Assembly (NCBI GenBank): GCA_052144055.1
Contig: JBKQRF010000172.1
Location: forward strand, 1 to 58,306
From: Candidatus Limnocylindrales bacterium
Lineage (GTDB): Bacteria > Chloroflexota > Limnocylindria > Limnocylindrales > CSP1-4
Direction: 5' to 3'
DNA length: 58,306 bases
Positions within the stretch are counted from its first letter, which is position 1, and each line of letters begins with the position of its first letter. Under the pieces are notes generated by a model. That model was not told where the DNA came from. It saw nothing but the letters and a program-made list of their open reading frames with translations, and ran no database searches. The position numbers and the translations under genes were made by a program. Of this stretch, positions 50,377 through 58,211 are shown one piece after another.

Positions 50377-52149
50377 GTGGTGCACGCAGATCGCCCGTCC
50401 GGGCGTCCGTCCCCGTTCGCGGCGGCCTTCCTCAGCCTCATCTTCCCGGGTCTGGGTCACGTCTACGCGAGGCGGTACGCCCGCGCACTGGGTTTCGCAA
50501 CCCTCCCGATCCTCGGCCTAGCGCTGCTCGCCGGCCTGCTCGCGAGCGCCCCCACCCGGGACATGATCAAGGTGAGCGTCTTCGACCCATCCGTCCTCGA
50601 CGGCCTCCTCGCCCTCGACGTTCTCGTGTTCCTGTACCGCCTCGTCGCCGTGGTCGATGCCTATCGCTGTGCCGCGGTCGTGATGACGGAGGGCGGACGG
50701 CTCGGCCGGGCTCGCGTGCCGCTGGCGCCGCTGTCGCTCGCCGGCCTCGTCGGAGTGACGCTCGTGATGGGCCTGGCGCACGTCGCTCTGGCCCGCTACG
50801 ATCGGATCGCACACGACACGCTTGTGGCCGTGACGACCGACGCCCCGGCGAACCCCACGGTCACGGCTGCCCCCGGCACCACGCCTGCCCCGGTGGTCGT
50901 GGGAGCCACGCCCCAGCCTCAGCCCTCGATCGTCCCCTGGAACGGCGGCCGGCTCAACGTGCTACTCGTGGGCGTGGACCAGCGCCCGGCCGACCAGACG
51001 TTCAACACGGACACGATGATTGTGGCGAGCATCGATCCGACGACTGGCCAGGTCTCGATGTTCAGCGTGCCGCGCGACCTCGACCAGGTACCATTGCCGC
51101 CCTCGTGGCCGGCCTACGCGTATTTCGGCGGCGTCTACCCGAACAAGATCAACAGCATCTGGACCTTCGCCGAAGGATCACCCGGACTCTTCCCGGGAAG
51201 CGACGCCGACCGCGGAGTGGACGCCCTCAAGGGGACCCTTGGCTACTTGCTCGGGATCCAGATCCCGTACTACGTCGAGGTCAACTTCTCGGGCTTTCGG
51301 CAGGTCGTAGACACGCTGGGGGGCGTGACGATCGACGTCCAGCTACCTGTGACGGACTACGACTACCCGACCGACAACGGCCTCGGGGCCGTCAAGCTGT
51401 ACATCCAGCCGGGTATCCAGCACATGAACGGCGAGCAGGCTCTCGCCTACGCCCGCTCGCGGCATTCGACGTCCGACTTCGATCGTTCACAGCGGCAGCA
51501 GCGGGTGATCACGTCCCTGCGCCAGCAGACCGACGTGCTTAGCTTCCTCGACCCGAACAAGCTCGCTGCACTCGGGCAAGCGCTCCGCAACGCGATCCAC
51601 ACCGACTTCCCGCAGAACCAGCTGCCGCAGCTTGTGTCGCTCATCGAGAGGGCGGACACGACCAACATCAACTCCTACGTGTTCACGCCGCCCCAGTACG
51701 CGGTGCAGTGCCCACCCGCCGAGTGCGCCACCCTCTACTGGCTGCATCCGAACGTCGCGGCGATCCAGCAGGCAGTCGCCCAAGCACTCGCCACCAACCC
51801 AGTCACCGCGAAGTCGCGCGCGCAGCTCACCGCGGAGAAGGCCCGGTTACTTGTCGAGAACGGGTCAGGCATCAACGGACAGGCGACCAGGGTCGCCGCG
51901 TACCTGACCTCGCTCGGGCTGTCGGTCACCATCTCGTCGGCCAACGGCGGTCGGGCCCCCGGCCCCCTCCACACCAGCACGGTAGTGACGTTCTACAACG
52001 GCGCCGAGACAAGGATGCCAAAGACGGTCCAACTGCTGCAATCGGTGTTCGGCGTGACGATCCAGACGGCGACCGACCCGACGGTGACCACGGACGTCAT
52101 CGTGATCACGGGAACAACGACCCCGCAGTCAGCGGAACCGAGCGGCTGA
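50377..52149 (+). CDS. LCP (LytR-CpsA-Psr) family cell-envelope glycopolymer transferase with LytR_C-like C-terminus
   Basis: N-terminal TMs are present (FAAAFLSLIFPGLGHVY...). The LCP core reads LNVLLVGVDQRPADQTFNTDTMIVASIDPTTGQVSMFSVPRDL and ALAYARSRHSTSDFDRSQRQQ. The C-terminal part reads LLVENGSGINGQATRVAAYL. Start is set to GTG 50377. Confidence 0.85.
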   Translation: MVHADRPSGRPSPFAAAFLSLIFPGLGHVYARRYARALGFATLPILGLALLAGLLASAPTRDMIKVSVFDPSVLDGLLALDVLVFLYRLVAVVDAYRCAAVVMTEGGRLGRARVPLAPLSLAGLVGVTLVMGLAHVALARYDRIAHDTLVAVTTDAPANPTVTAAPGTTPAPVVVGATPQPQPSIVPWNGGRLNVLLVGVDQRPADQTFNTDTMIVASIDPTTGQVSMFSVPRDLDQVPLPPSWPAYAYFGGVYPNKINSIWTFAEGSPGLFPGSDADRGVDALKGTLGYLLGIQIPYYVEVNFSGFRQVVDTLGGVTIDVQLPVTDYDYPTDNGLGAVKLYIQPGIQHMNGEQALAYARSRHSTSDFDRSQRQQRVITSLRQQTDVLSFLDPNKLAALGQALRNAIHTDFPQNQLPQLVSLIERADTTNINSYVFTPPQYAVQCPPAECATLYWLHPNVAAIQQAVAQALATNPVTAKSRAQLTAEKARLLVENGSGINGQATRVAAYLTSLGLSVTISSANGGRAPGPLHTSTVVTFYNGAETRMPKTVQLLQSVFGVTIQTATDPTVTTDVIVITGTTTPQSAEPSG

Positions 52150-52202
52150 AGACCGGACGGGCGCCGAGACTCGCAGCCGCGCAGTGGCCCACCCGGCTGC
52201 CG

Positions 52203-52232
52203 GCTTCTGCCCCGGCCGCTTCTGCCCCGGCC
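52203..52232. repeat. perfect 15-bp tandem duplication (GCTTCTGCCCCGGCC x2)
   Basis: Read directly from the sequence in the convergent gap between the LCP gene and the GT2 pseudogene. Confidence 0.9.
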
Positions 52233-52260
52233 GCGCCGCAGGCCCGGCACTCTCGCGACT

Positions 52261-53894
52261 CTACACTTTCTCGGTCACCCGGTACTCCAGCCGTCGCCCG
52301 GTCATGAGCCGAGTCTGCGCCTCGAGTGCCGGGAGGTTGCTGAAGACAATTCCCACAACGGGGACTGCCAGCCACTGGAAGTACACCAGCGCCTGCCGCA
52401 GCACAGTCCAGGAGTCCGGCCGCGGCGGCGCGATGCGGCCCTCGATGAAGGCCATGATCATCAGGCAGCAGAACGCCCCCGTCAGCACCCACGCCGCGTA
52501 GACGGGCAGATTGTGGCCCAGCGTCGTCTGGGCGAACACCGAGTGTCCGAACTGGTTGCTGATCGGCAGCGGCAGGCTGGACCCGAACACCAAGACGTAC
52601 GGCGCGATTGCCCGGTTGAGATGGTCCGACCAAAGGTCCCCAAGGCGATGGGAGCCGCACGCCGAGGGGGATCTCGGGATGCGTCATCGCGTGGTGGATG
52701 TAGTACGGGATGTCGGTAACGCCCCAGGCCCACCGGCGGATCTGGGTGTACTGCTGGTAAAGCGTGCGCGGACACGTCCTGGCACGCGCGGCGTCGCCGA
52801 AGACCGGGATGAAGAGCGGCTCGGCTCGGAATGTCCCCGCGAAGGCGAAGAAGCTCTTCCACTAGAAGCGGGAATCCTCTGGGATCGCGTCGGGGGCCCA
52901 GTAGCCGACCTTGTGGATGGTCCTGAGGCTGACGGCGTAGGAGCTGAAGCTGACGAGCCGCTCAGGGGACAGTGACCGCCACATGTGGATGCGCGTCGCG
53001 CCCACCGCGGTGAGCCGAATCGTCAGCGGCACCTTCCACAGGTTGTTGTGGAACATGGACACCGGCTGGTACAGCCGGTGGTAGCGGTCGGGATCTGTCG
53101 CGAAGCGGTGCGCCAGGTACGCGAAGTACTGTCGGTGGACGCGGTAATCGCTTTCGAGGTCCGTGACAATGACCCGGGCGGGGTCGTAGCCAAGGCCAAC
53201 CAGCTCCGAGTACAGCCAGCGGCCACAGTAGGCCATCGCGCTCGACTAACCCACGACCACCCCGGGCTCGAACGGATCGAGGATGTGGAGCAAGTGCGCG
53301 AAGTGGTTGCCAAAGACCTCGCGTCGCCGCGCCACGTGCTCCCGCCCGGCCAAGTCAGTCTCGCGTGTGATGATGACCACGATCTTCCGCTCGCCTACCA
53401 GTCCGCCTCGGTCAGCGCGCGCACTGTTGCCTCGAGCGTCCTATACGGCTCGGTGTAGGTGGGGATCAGCGCGACGTGCACGAGCCCCCGGGGATCGAGC
53501 GGCTGGATGCCGCTCGCGAGCAGCCGCCTGACCGTCGCCACTTCGCTCTGTAGCCGCCGCCGCTCGCGCCGCCCGCCACGCGCGGCCAGCCGCTCCCTAG
53601 CCGGTCCAGCTCGCGGTTGCGCAAGGCGATCCGGTCGATGCGGGCTTCGAGCACGCGTTCACGGGCGCGGAGGTCCTCAAGACCGTCCAGCTGCGCCCGG
53701 CAGTTCGCGTCCAGAACGTCGCGGATCCGCAATAGCGTGATCGAAACGCTCACGACCACGACGACCGCGCGGTGTAGCTAGTAGAAGTCGAAGCTCAGCA
53801 CGAACCAGGCGACGAGCGCGGGGAACGACAAGCTCAGCGCGACCGGCGCGAGGATGAGGAGCCAGATGACAGCTCCGGGCAGGATCTCGAGCAA
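52261..53894 (-). pseudogene. processive family-2 glycosyltransferase (D,D,D,QxxRW cellulose/chitin-synthase-like), heavily decayed
   Basis: Manual three-frame tracing finds N-terminal TMs, a coiled coil and the GT-A core (VHVALIPTYTEP, VIVTDLESD, PEDSRF, QQYTQIRRWAWG), then C-terminal TMs ending LEYRVTEKV. The trace is interrupted by in-frame TAG codons at 53778-53780, 53246-53248 and 52862-52864. It also has at least three frameshifts, near 53560-53640, 53395-53400 and 52640-52675. The 5' limit is approximate. Confidence 0.7.
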
Positions 53895-53954
53895 ACGGTG
53901 ATGGCTGGGTAAGACACCACGACCCCCGGCGAGGAATCCAGGTCGCGTCCTGTC

Positions 53955-54929
53955 CTAGTAGACCGGCGTCAGCCAGTGCCGGTAGGCCGGCAGGCGTCCC
54001 CTCACGGCGTCGAAGTACGCTTCAGAAAGCCGGTGCGTGATCGGCCCGATCTCGCCGCCGCCGACGACGTGGTGGTCGACCTCGCCAACTGGTGAGACCT
54101 GTGCCCCGGTGCCGCACAGGAACAGCTCATCCGCGATGTATAGCTCGGTGCGGTCAATGTGGCGCTGCACAACCCGCGTCCCCAGCTCGCGCTCCGCCAG
54201 CTCGATGATCCCGGCTCGCGTGATTCCTTCGAGGATGTCATCCGTGACGGGGGGCGTGATGAGCTGACCACGCCGCACCATAAACAGGTTCTCTGCACTG
54301 CCTTCCGACACGTGGCCGTCCTCGCTTAGCACGATCGCCTCGTCCGCACCGACCAGCTGCGCCTCCGTCTTCGCGAACGCTGAGTTCACGTAGGCGCCGA
54401 CGATCTTGGCCCGGGCCGGCAGCGACTGGTCGCTCACCCTCCGCCAAGACACTGTGTGCGTGCGGATTCCATGCGTCGTGTCGATGTAGTCGCCGAATGG
54501 GATAGCCAAGATGTAGAAACCCTGGTCGAGGTTGTGGAGGCGCACGCCGATGGCCTGCGTCGACTTATACACGGACGGCCGGACATAGGTGTCCTCGCGG
54601 AAGCCGTTCCGTCGGAGAAGCTCCACCGTGAGGCCCACGAGGTCTCCGACTGAGCCGGGCGGGTCCATGTACAGGATCCGGCAGGAGTCGGAGATCCGCT
54701 CGAAATGCTCAGCGAGGCGAAGCCCGTACAGCTGTCCCTGATCGGCGTTCCAGTAGGCACGAATCCCCTCGAACACCGCCGTCCCGTACATGAACGCGTG
54801 GGTCATGATGTTGACGTTGGCGTCGGCCAGGGGGAGGAACTCCCCGTTCAGGTAGCAGACCGGGGCGGGCACACCCGACTCCGGGTGACCGGCCGACGAC
54901 GAGGTGCGGGAAGCGTCTTCGGTCAACAT
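53955..54929 (-). CDS. ilvE: branched-chain amino acid aminotransferase (class IV)
   Basis: YLNGEFLPLADANVNIMTHAFMYGTAVFEGIRAY, LSEDGHVSEGSAENLF and ELFLCGTGAQVSPV match IlvE. Confidence 0.93.
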   Translation of the reverse strand: MLTEDASRTSSSAGHPESGVPAPVCYLNGEFLPLADANVNIMTHAFMYGTAVFEGIRAYWNADQGQLYGLRLAEHFERISDSCRILYMDPPGSVGDLVGLTVELLRRNGFREDTYVRPSVYKSTQAIGVRLHNLDQGFYILAIPFGDYIDTTHGIRTHTVSWRRVSDQSLPARAKIVGAYVNSAFAKTEAQLVGADEAIVLSEDGHVSEGSAENLFMVRRGQLITPPVTDDILEGITRAGIIELAERELGTRVVQRHIDRTELYIADELFLCGTGAQVSPVGEVDHHVVGGGEIGPITHRLSEAYFDAVRGRLPAYRHWLTPVY

Positions 54930-54935
54930 CGCCCG

Positions 54936-54941
54936 AGTATA
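54936..54941 (-). promoter_or_regulatory. candidate -10 hexamer (TATACT) 6 nt before the ilvE ATG (leaderless candidate)
   Basis: Minus strand reads GAGCG-TATACT-CGGGCG-ATGTTGACC, and there is no RBS. Confidence 0.35.
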
Positions 54942-55034
54942 CGCTCCGGTCCACCGCTCCAGCGTCTCCGGGGCCGCTCCGTTCAGAAGACGACCGCGCT
55001 GTCCCAGGTCACGGCCGCCTCGCTCACGGACGGG

Positions 55035-55319
55035 TTAAGGACGGAGGTGCTCCGGGGCGTATGGCAGAAGGGCCACGTGCCGGGCCCGTTTCAGTGCCAC
55101 CGACAGCTGTCGCTGGTGCTCGGCGCATGTGCCCGTCTTGCGGCGCGGCTCGATCTTGGCCCGCTCCGATAGGTACCGGCGCAGCCGGTTCACTTCTTTG
55201 TAGTCGATCTGCTGCGCCTTGTCCGCGCAAAATGCGCAGACCTTGCGGCGGCGGCGATCGCGGTAGTAGTCGTCTCGCTTCTTCGACCGTACAGGCGGCA
55301 CTGTTGGGAATCCTCTCAT
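55035..55319 (-). CDS. rpsR: 30S ribosomal protein S18
   Basis: [60 protein letters not shown] matches S18. The start could instead be the internal GTG six codons downstream. Confidence 0.95.
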   Translation of the reverse strand: MRGFPTVPPVRSKKRDDYYRDRRRRKVCAFCADKAQQIDYKEVNRLRRYLSERAKIEPRRKTGTCAEHQRQLSVALKRARHVALLPYAPEHLRP

Positions 55320-55365
55320 TTCGACTACGGTCAGCGGGCGTCAGCCATGACAGCAGTTAGGTGCG

Positions 55366-55815
55366 TCAGAATGGGAGATCGTCGAGATCCGTGTATGTCT
55401 CGCCACCGACCTCCGGGCCAGCCGGTGCGAGTTCCTTCCGAGCGGGGCGCGGACCGCCCGGCTCGGAACCCTCCGCCTCGTCCCGCGGTCGCGGGTCAAG
55501 CGCAGTGACCGTTTGGGCGACCAGTTCGGTCGTGCTCCGCTTCTGGCCCTCACGGTCCTCCCACTGGCGCGTCTGCAGCCGTCCCTCGACGTAGACCTTG
55601 CGGCCCTTGCGCAGATATTCGGCGGCGCGCTCAGCAAGCGGCCCCCAAGCCACGACGCGGAACCACTCCGTTTCCTCCTGCCAGTCGCCGTTCGCTCCCT
55701 TGAAGTTTCGGTTCACCGCCACTGTGAACTGCGTCACGGCCTGACCGCTGGGCGTGTACCTCATCTCCGGGTCCCGGCCGAGATTTCCGATGATCATGCA
55801 CTTGTTGAGCGACAT
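55366..55815 (-). CDS. ssb: single-stranded DNA-binding protein
   Basis: MSLNKCMIIGNLGRDPEMRYTPSGQAVTQFTVAVN matches the OB fold, and the acidic tip DLDDLPF is present. Confidence 0.95.
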   Translation of the reverse strand: MSLNKCMIIGNLGRDPEMRYTPSGQAVTQFTVAVNRNFKGANGDWQEETEWFRVVAWGPLAERAAEYLRKGRKVYVEGRLQTRQWEDREGQKRSTTELVAQTVTALDPRPRDEAEGSEPGGPRPARKELAPAGPEVGGETYTDLDDLPF

Positions 55816-55845
55816 CGCGGCTCTCCCGCCCTACGACGCAGTACG

Positions 55846-56256
55846 CTAATCGATGGCGGCCGGTGCGGCCTCACTCTCCGACTCGTCAATGAATTCGCCC
55901 AGCGGCTCCTCCTCCTCGTCGACAGGCATGGTCTCCAATTCCATCTCCGTCTCCGGACGACGAGCCGCGGGGCGCTCGACGCGAGTCACGAGGTGGCGCA
56001 GCAGTTCCTCGGTGATGCGGAGCCCTTGCTCGATCTCGTCAACGGCCGGCGATGGGGCGTCGAACAGCACGATGTAGTAGGACCCCTCTCGGAACTGGCC
56101 AATCGGGTAGGCCAGTCGGCGACGGCCCCAAGGGCTCACCTTGACAAGCTGGCCCTCGGCAGCACTGATCGAGCGGGTAATGCGGTCCAGGGTCGCTTGG
56201 ACGCGATCCTCGGCCAGGTCCGGCCGAAGGACGAGCATGAGTTCGTAGCGGCGCAT
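55846..56256 (-). CDS. rpsF: 30S ribosomal protein S6
   Basis: MRRYELMLVLRPDLAEDRVQATLDRI...GRRRLAYPI matches S6. Start is ATG 56256 with GGAAGGAG upstream. There is an acidic C-terminal tail. Confidence 0.95.
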   Translation of the reverse strand: MRRYELMLVLRPDLAEDRVQATLDRITRSISAAEGQLVKVSPWGRRRLAYPIGQFREGSYYIVLFDAPSPAVDEIEQGLRITEELLRHLVTRVERPAARRPETEMELETMPVDEEEEPLGEFIDESESEAAPAAID

Positions 56257-56345
56257 GCGCCAGTTCTCCTTCCTGTGGGAATCGCCCCGCTCGCGATCAG
56301 TGACCACACAACACGATGGCCCGGCGGAGCCGAAAGGACCACGGG

Positions 56346-56354
56346 AGTGTAGCA
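56346..56354 (-). promoter_or_regulatory. candidate extended -10 promoter element (TGCTACACT) for rpsF-ssb-rpsR
   Basis: Minus strand reads GGTGCTACACTCCCGTGG, about 90 nt upstream of the rpsF ATG. Confidence 0.45.
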
Positions 56355-56364
56355 CCGACCCTGC

Positions 56365-56373
56365 TGCTAGACT
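56365..56373 (+). promoter_or_regulatory. candidate extended -10 promoter element (TGCTAGACT) for the REC-CpaE-like gene
   Basis: CTGCTGCTAGACTGTCGG lies about 38 nt upstream of GTG 56411, back to back with the rpsF element. Confidence 0.4.
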
Positions 56374-56410
56374 GTCGGCGTTTGACCGCGCTTCCGACGC
56401 GGAGGGGAGT

Positions 56411-57607
56411 GTGCCCGCAAGTTCGATCCTGCTGCTCGAGGCCGATTCGGCCGAGGCCGACCGGATCGGGCAGAGCCTGCGCGCCGCGGGTCATACCGTG
56501 GACGTCGCGACCGACGCTCTGGACTTGGTCGCCCGCTCCGCTGGCCACGGGGCGCTGCTGATCGACCTTCCCGGCGATGGTACGGCCGCTGCTGATCTGA
56601 TGCGCGCCCTGCGCGCCAATCCCAAGGCCGCAGCGCTGCCGGTTCTCTGCTTCGCCCAGACTCCGGATGTTGACGAACGCGTGCGCCTGCTCGAGGCCGG
56701 CGCGGACGACGTCATCGCCAGGCCGTACGACGGGCGCGAGCTGGCCGCGCGCGTGGATGCGCTCACGCTGCGGTTTCATCTCTCAGGCGGCAGCATTCCG
56801 GCGCCGCTGGAACCCGCGATCGAGACGCGGCGTCACCAGGTCATCGCGGTCTTTGGTGCCAAGGGCGGCGTCGGGGCCACGACGATCGCGGTGAACGTGG
56901 CAATCGACCTCGCTGAGCGCCGGCCGGGCCAAGTCGCACTGATCGACCTTGCCCTGCCTCTCGGACAGGTGCCGACGCACCTGGACCTGAGACCCCGCCA
57001 CCAGTTTGCCGACCTGATGGCCCTCCCGGACGAAGGCGGGGCGAGGAGCGCCGCCGACCCGTATGGCAGCCTCGACGTCTACTGTGCACCAGACGATGTC
57101 GAGGTCGCCGACAGAGTCACGGGGGCCGAGATCGTGCGTGTACTCAACACGCTGCGCGAGGCCTACCTGTTTGTAGTTGCCGACGCCGGCGCCTCACTCG
57201 ACGCGCGGACACTGGCGCTGCTCGAGGCGGCCGACCGGATCGTGCTGGTGACTACTCCGGAGATCCCGTCGCTCCGAGCGCTCGTAGCCGTGGAACAAGT
57301 ACTGGGAGACCGGAGGCTCAGCGAGCACACGCTTCACGTGATCAACCACCTGTTCGCCCATGAGCCGCTGAAGCGGTCGGACATAGAGGAGACGCTCGGC
57401 ACGTCGGTGGACCTCGAGATGCCGCTCCACGATCTGCTGTTCGCCAAGGCCGTGAATGAAGGGGTGCCGGTGGTCCGGTCGGCGCCGCGTTCGGAGCCGG
57501 CGGAGCGACTGGGCCGCCTAGCGTCGATCCTGGCGGGCACCTCGGAGCCGCGCGAGGAACCCAGCGTATCCCGACGGCGCTTCCGTCTGCTGGGCAGAGG
57601 CGCCTGA
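56411..57607 (+). CDS. response-regulator receiver domain fused to a CpaE/TadZ-like (MinD/ParA superfamily) ATPase
   Basis: The REC-like N-terminus reads ILLLEADSAE...ALLIDLPGDG...LEAGADDVIARPYD. The ATPase part has the deviant Walker A VFGAKGGVGATTIAVN and LVTTPEIPSLR. Start is GTG 56411, 5 nt after GGAGGGGAG. Confidence 0.8.
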   Translation: MPASSILLLEADSAEADRIGQSLRAAGHTVDVATDALDLVARSAGHGALLIDLPGDGTAAADLMRALRANPKAAALPVLCFAQTPDVDERVRLLEAGADDVIARPYDGRELAARVDALTLRFHLSGGSIPAPLEPAIETRRHQVIAVFGAKGGVGATTIAVNVAIDLAERRPGQVALIDLALPLGQVPTHLDLRPRHQFADLMALPDEGGARSAADPYGSLDVYCAPDDVEVADRVTGAEIVRVLNTLREAYLFVVADAGASLDARTLALLEAADRIVLVTTPEIPSLRALVAVEQVLGDRRLSEHTLHVINHLFAHEPLKRSDIEETLGTSVDLEMPLHDLLFAKAVNEGVPVVRSAPRSEPAERLGRLASILAGTSEPREEPSVSRRRFRLLGRGA

Positions 57608-57611
57608 GCCT

Positions 57612-57640
57612 GGCCAATCGCGCCACTGGCGCGTCTGGCC
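57612..57640 (+). terminator. GC-rich two-tier hairpin 5 nt after the REC-CpaE stop
   Basis: The hairpin is GGCCA-ATC-GCGCC-ACT-GGCGC-GTC-TGGCC. There is no adjacent U-tract; GGTTGGGTTTGG lies about 20 nt downstream. Confidence 0.25.
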
Positions 57641-57931
57641 GACCCGGAGCCGCCCACGCGGGTTGGGTTTGGCACACACCGAACCGGACACGCATGCCCC
57701 GCGTCTGGCCTGACCGACTGCCTTCCAAGTCATGGGGCCTGCGCTCCCGCTATGGCCATTCCATGGCAGAGCAGCGATGGCAGGGGAGATCAGTGTGGCG
57801 GCGAGTTAACCTCGGCGAGGCAGTGACGCGCTGCCCAGCCTTCGAGGCTCCGGACAGCAGCCCGATGGCCACCAGCTCCGCTCTTGGAAGGCTGGTCGCC
57901 GAGGTTTGGCTACACCTCTGGCCAAACGAGG

Positions 57932-58019
57932 TGGTGCCGAAGCCGGGGTTCGAACCCGGATGAGCGCAAAGCTCAGCGGAGTTTAAGTCCGCCGCGTCTG
58001 CCGGTTCCGCCACTTCGGC
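57932..58019 (-). tRNA. tRNA-Leu (anticodon UAA), type II with long variable arm, CCA encoded
   Basis: Manual cloverleaf: acceptor GCCGAAG/CTTCGGC, D stem GCG/CGC, anticodon stem GCGGA/TCCGC with loop CTTAAAC, variable arm GAGC-TTTGC-GCTC, T arm CCGGG-TTCGAAC-CCCGG, then discriminator A and CCA. Confidence 0.95.
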
Positions 58020-58028
58020 GCGCCCCCG

Positions 58029-58034
58029 AGTCTA
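58029..58034 (-). promoter_or_regulatory. candidate -10 hexamer (TAGACT) immediately upstream of tRNA-Leu
   Basis: Minus strand reads GACC-TAGACT-CGGGGGCG-GCCGAAG, so the predicted TSS falls within about 3 nt of the mature tRNA 5' end. Confidence 0.35.
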
Positions 58035-58211
58035 GGTCATCGGCACGGAGGCGACGCGGGCACAGGACCAGCACCCGTGTCTCGCCACCTGTCAACGTGG
58101 CGTCCCGATGCCACCTTCGTTCCGCGGTGACCTCGAGCCCGCGCGGCGACTGGATGCGAGGACTGGACGCGGGTCCGTCGGTCACGTCCCATACCGTGAG
58201 CTCCTATCTCG

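Noticed and set aside
52106-53759. Tracked ORFs 52106..52687, 52261..52593, 52482..52862, 52862..53236 and 53466..53759 as independent small genes.
   Set aside because: They are colinear fragments, or out-of-frame read-through, of one GT2 synthase once frames are traced. None has its own RBS or a complete domain.
52862-53780. Possibility that the three in-frame TAG codons in the GT2 gene are recoded (for example pyrrolysine or read-through).
   Set aside because: TAG is used as a genuine terminator by frr (12169), rpsP (18625), the DUF3352-like gene (18907), coaD (31578), lspA (46222), ilvE (53955) and rpsF (55846). The same gene also carries several frameshifts, so decay is the simpler explanation.
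57630-57710. The 11-nt direct repeat CGCGTCTGGCC, with a near copy CCGCGTCTGCC inside the tRNA at about 57991-58001, as integration (att) site duplications.
   Set aside because: It is too short for GC-rich DNA. The tRNA match lies in the D-arm/anticodon-stem side rather than the 3' end usually duplicated by integrases.
57848-57862. An SRP (4.5S) RNA-like string, CTCCGGACAGCAGCC, resembling GGUCCGGAAGGAAGCAGCC.
   Set aside because: It lacks the GGAA tetraloop and closing stem, and the symmetric-loop spacing of helix 8. It is about 5 nt too short, so it is probably chance similarity in GC-rich sequence.
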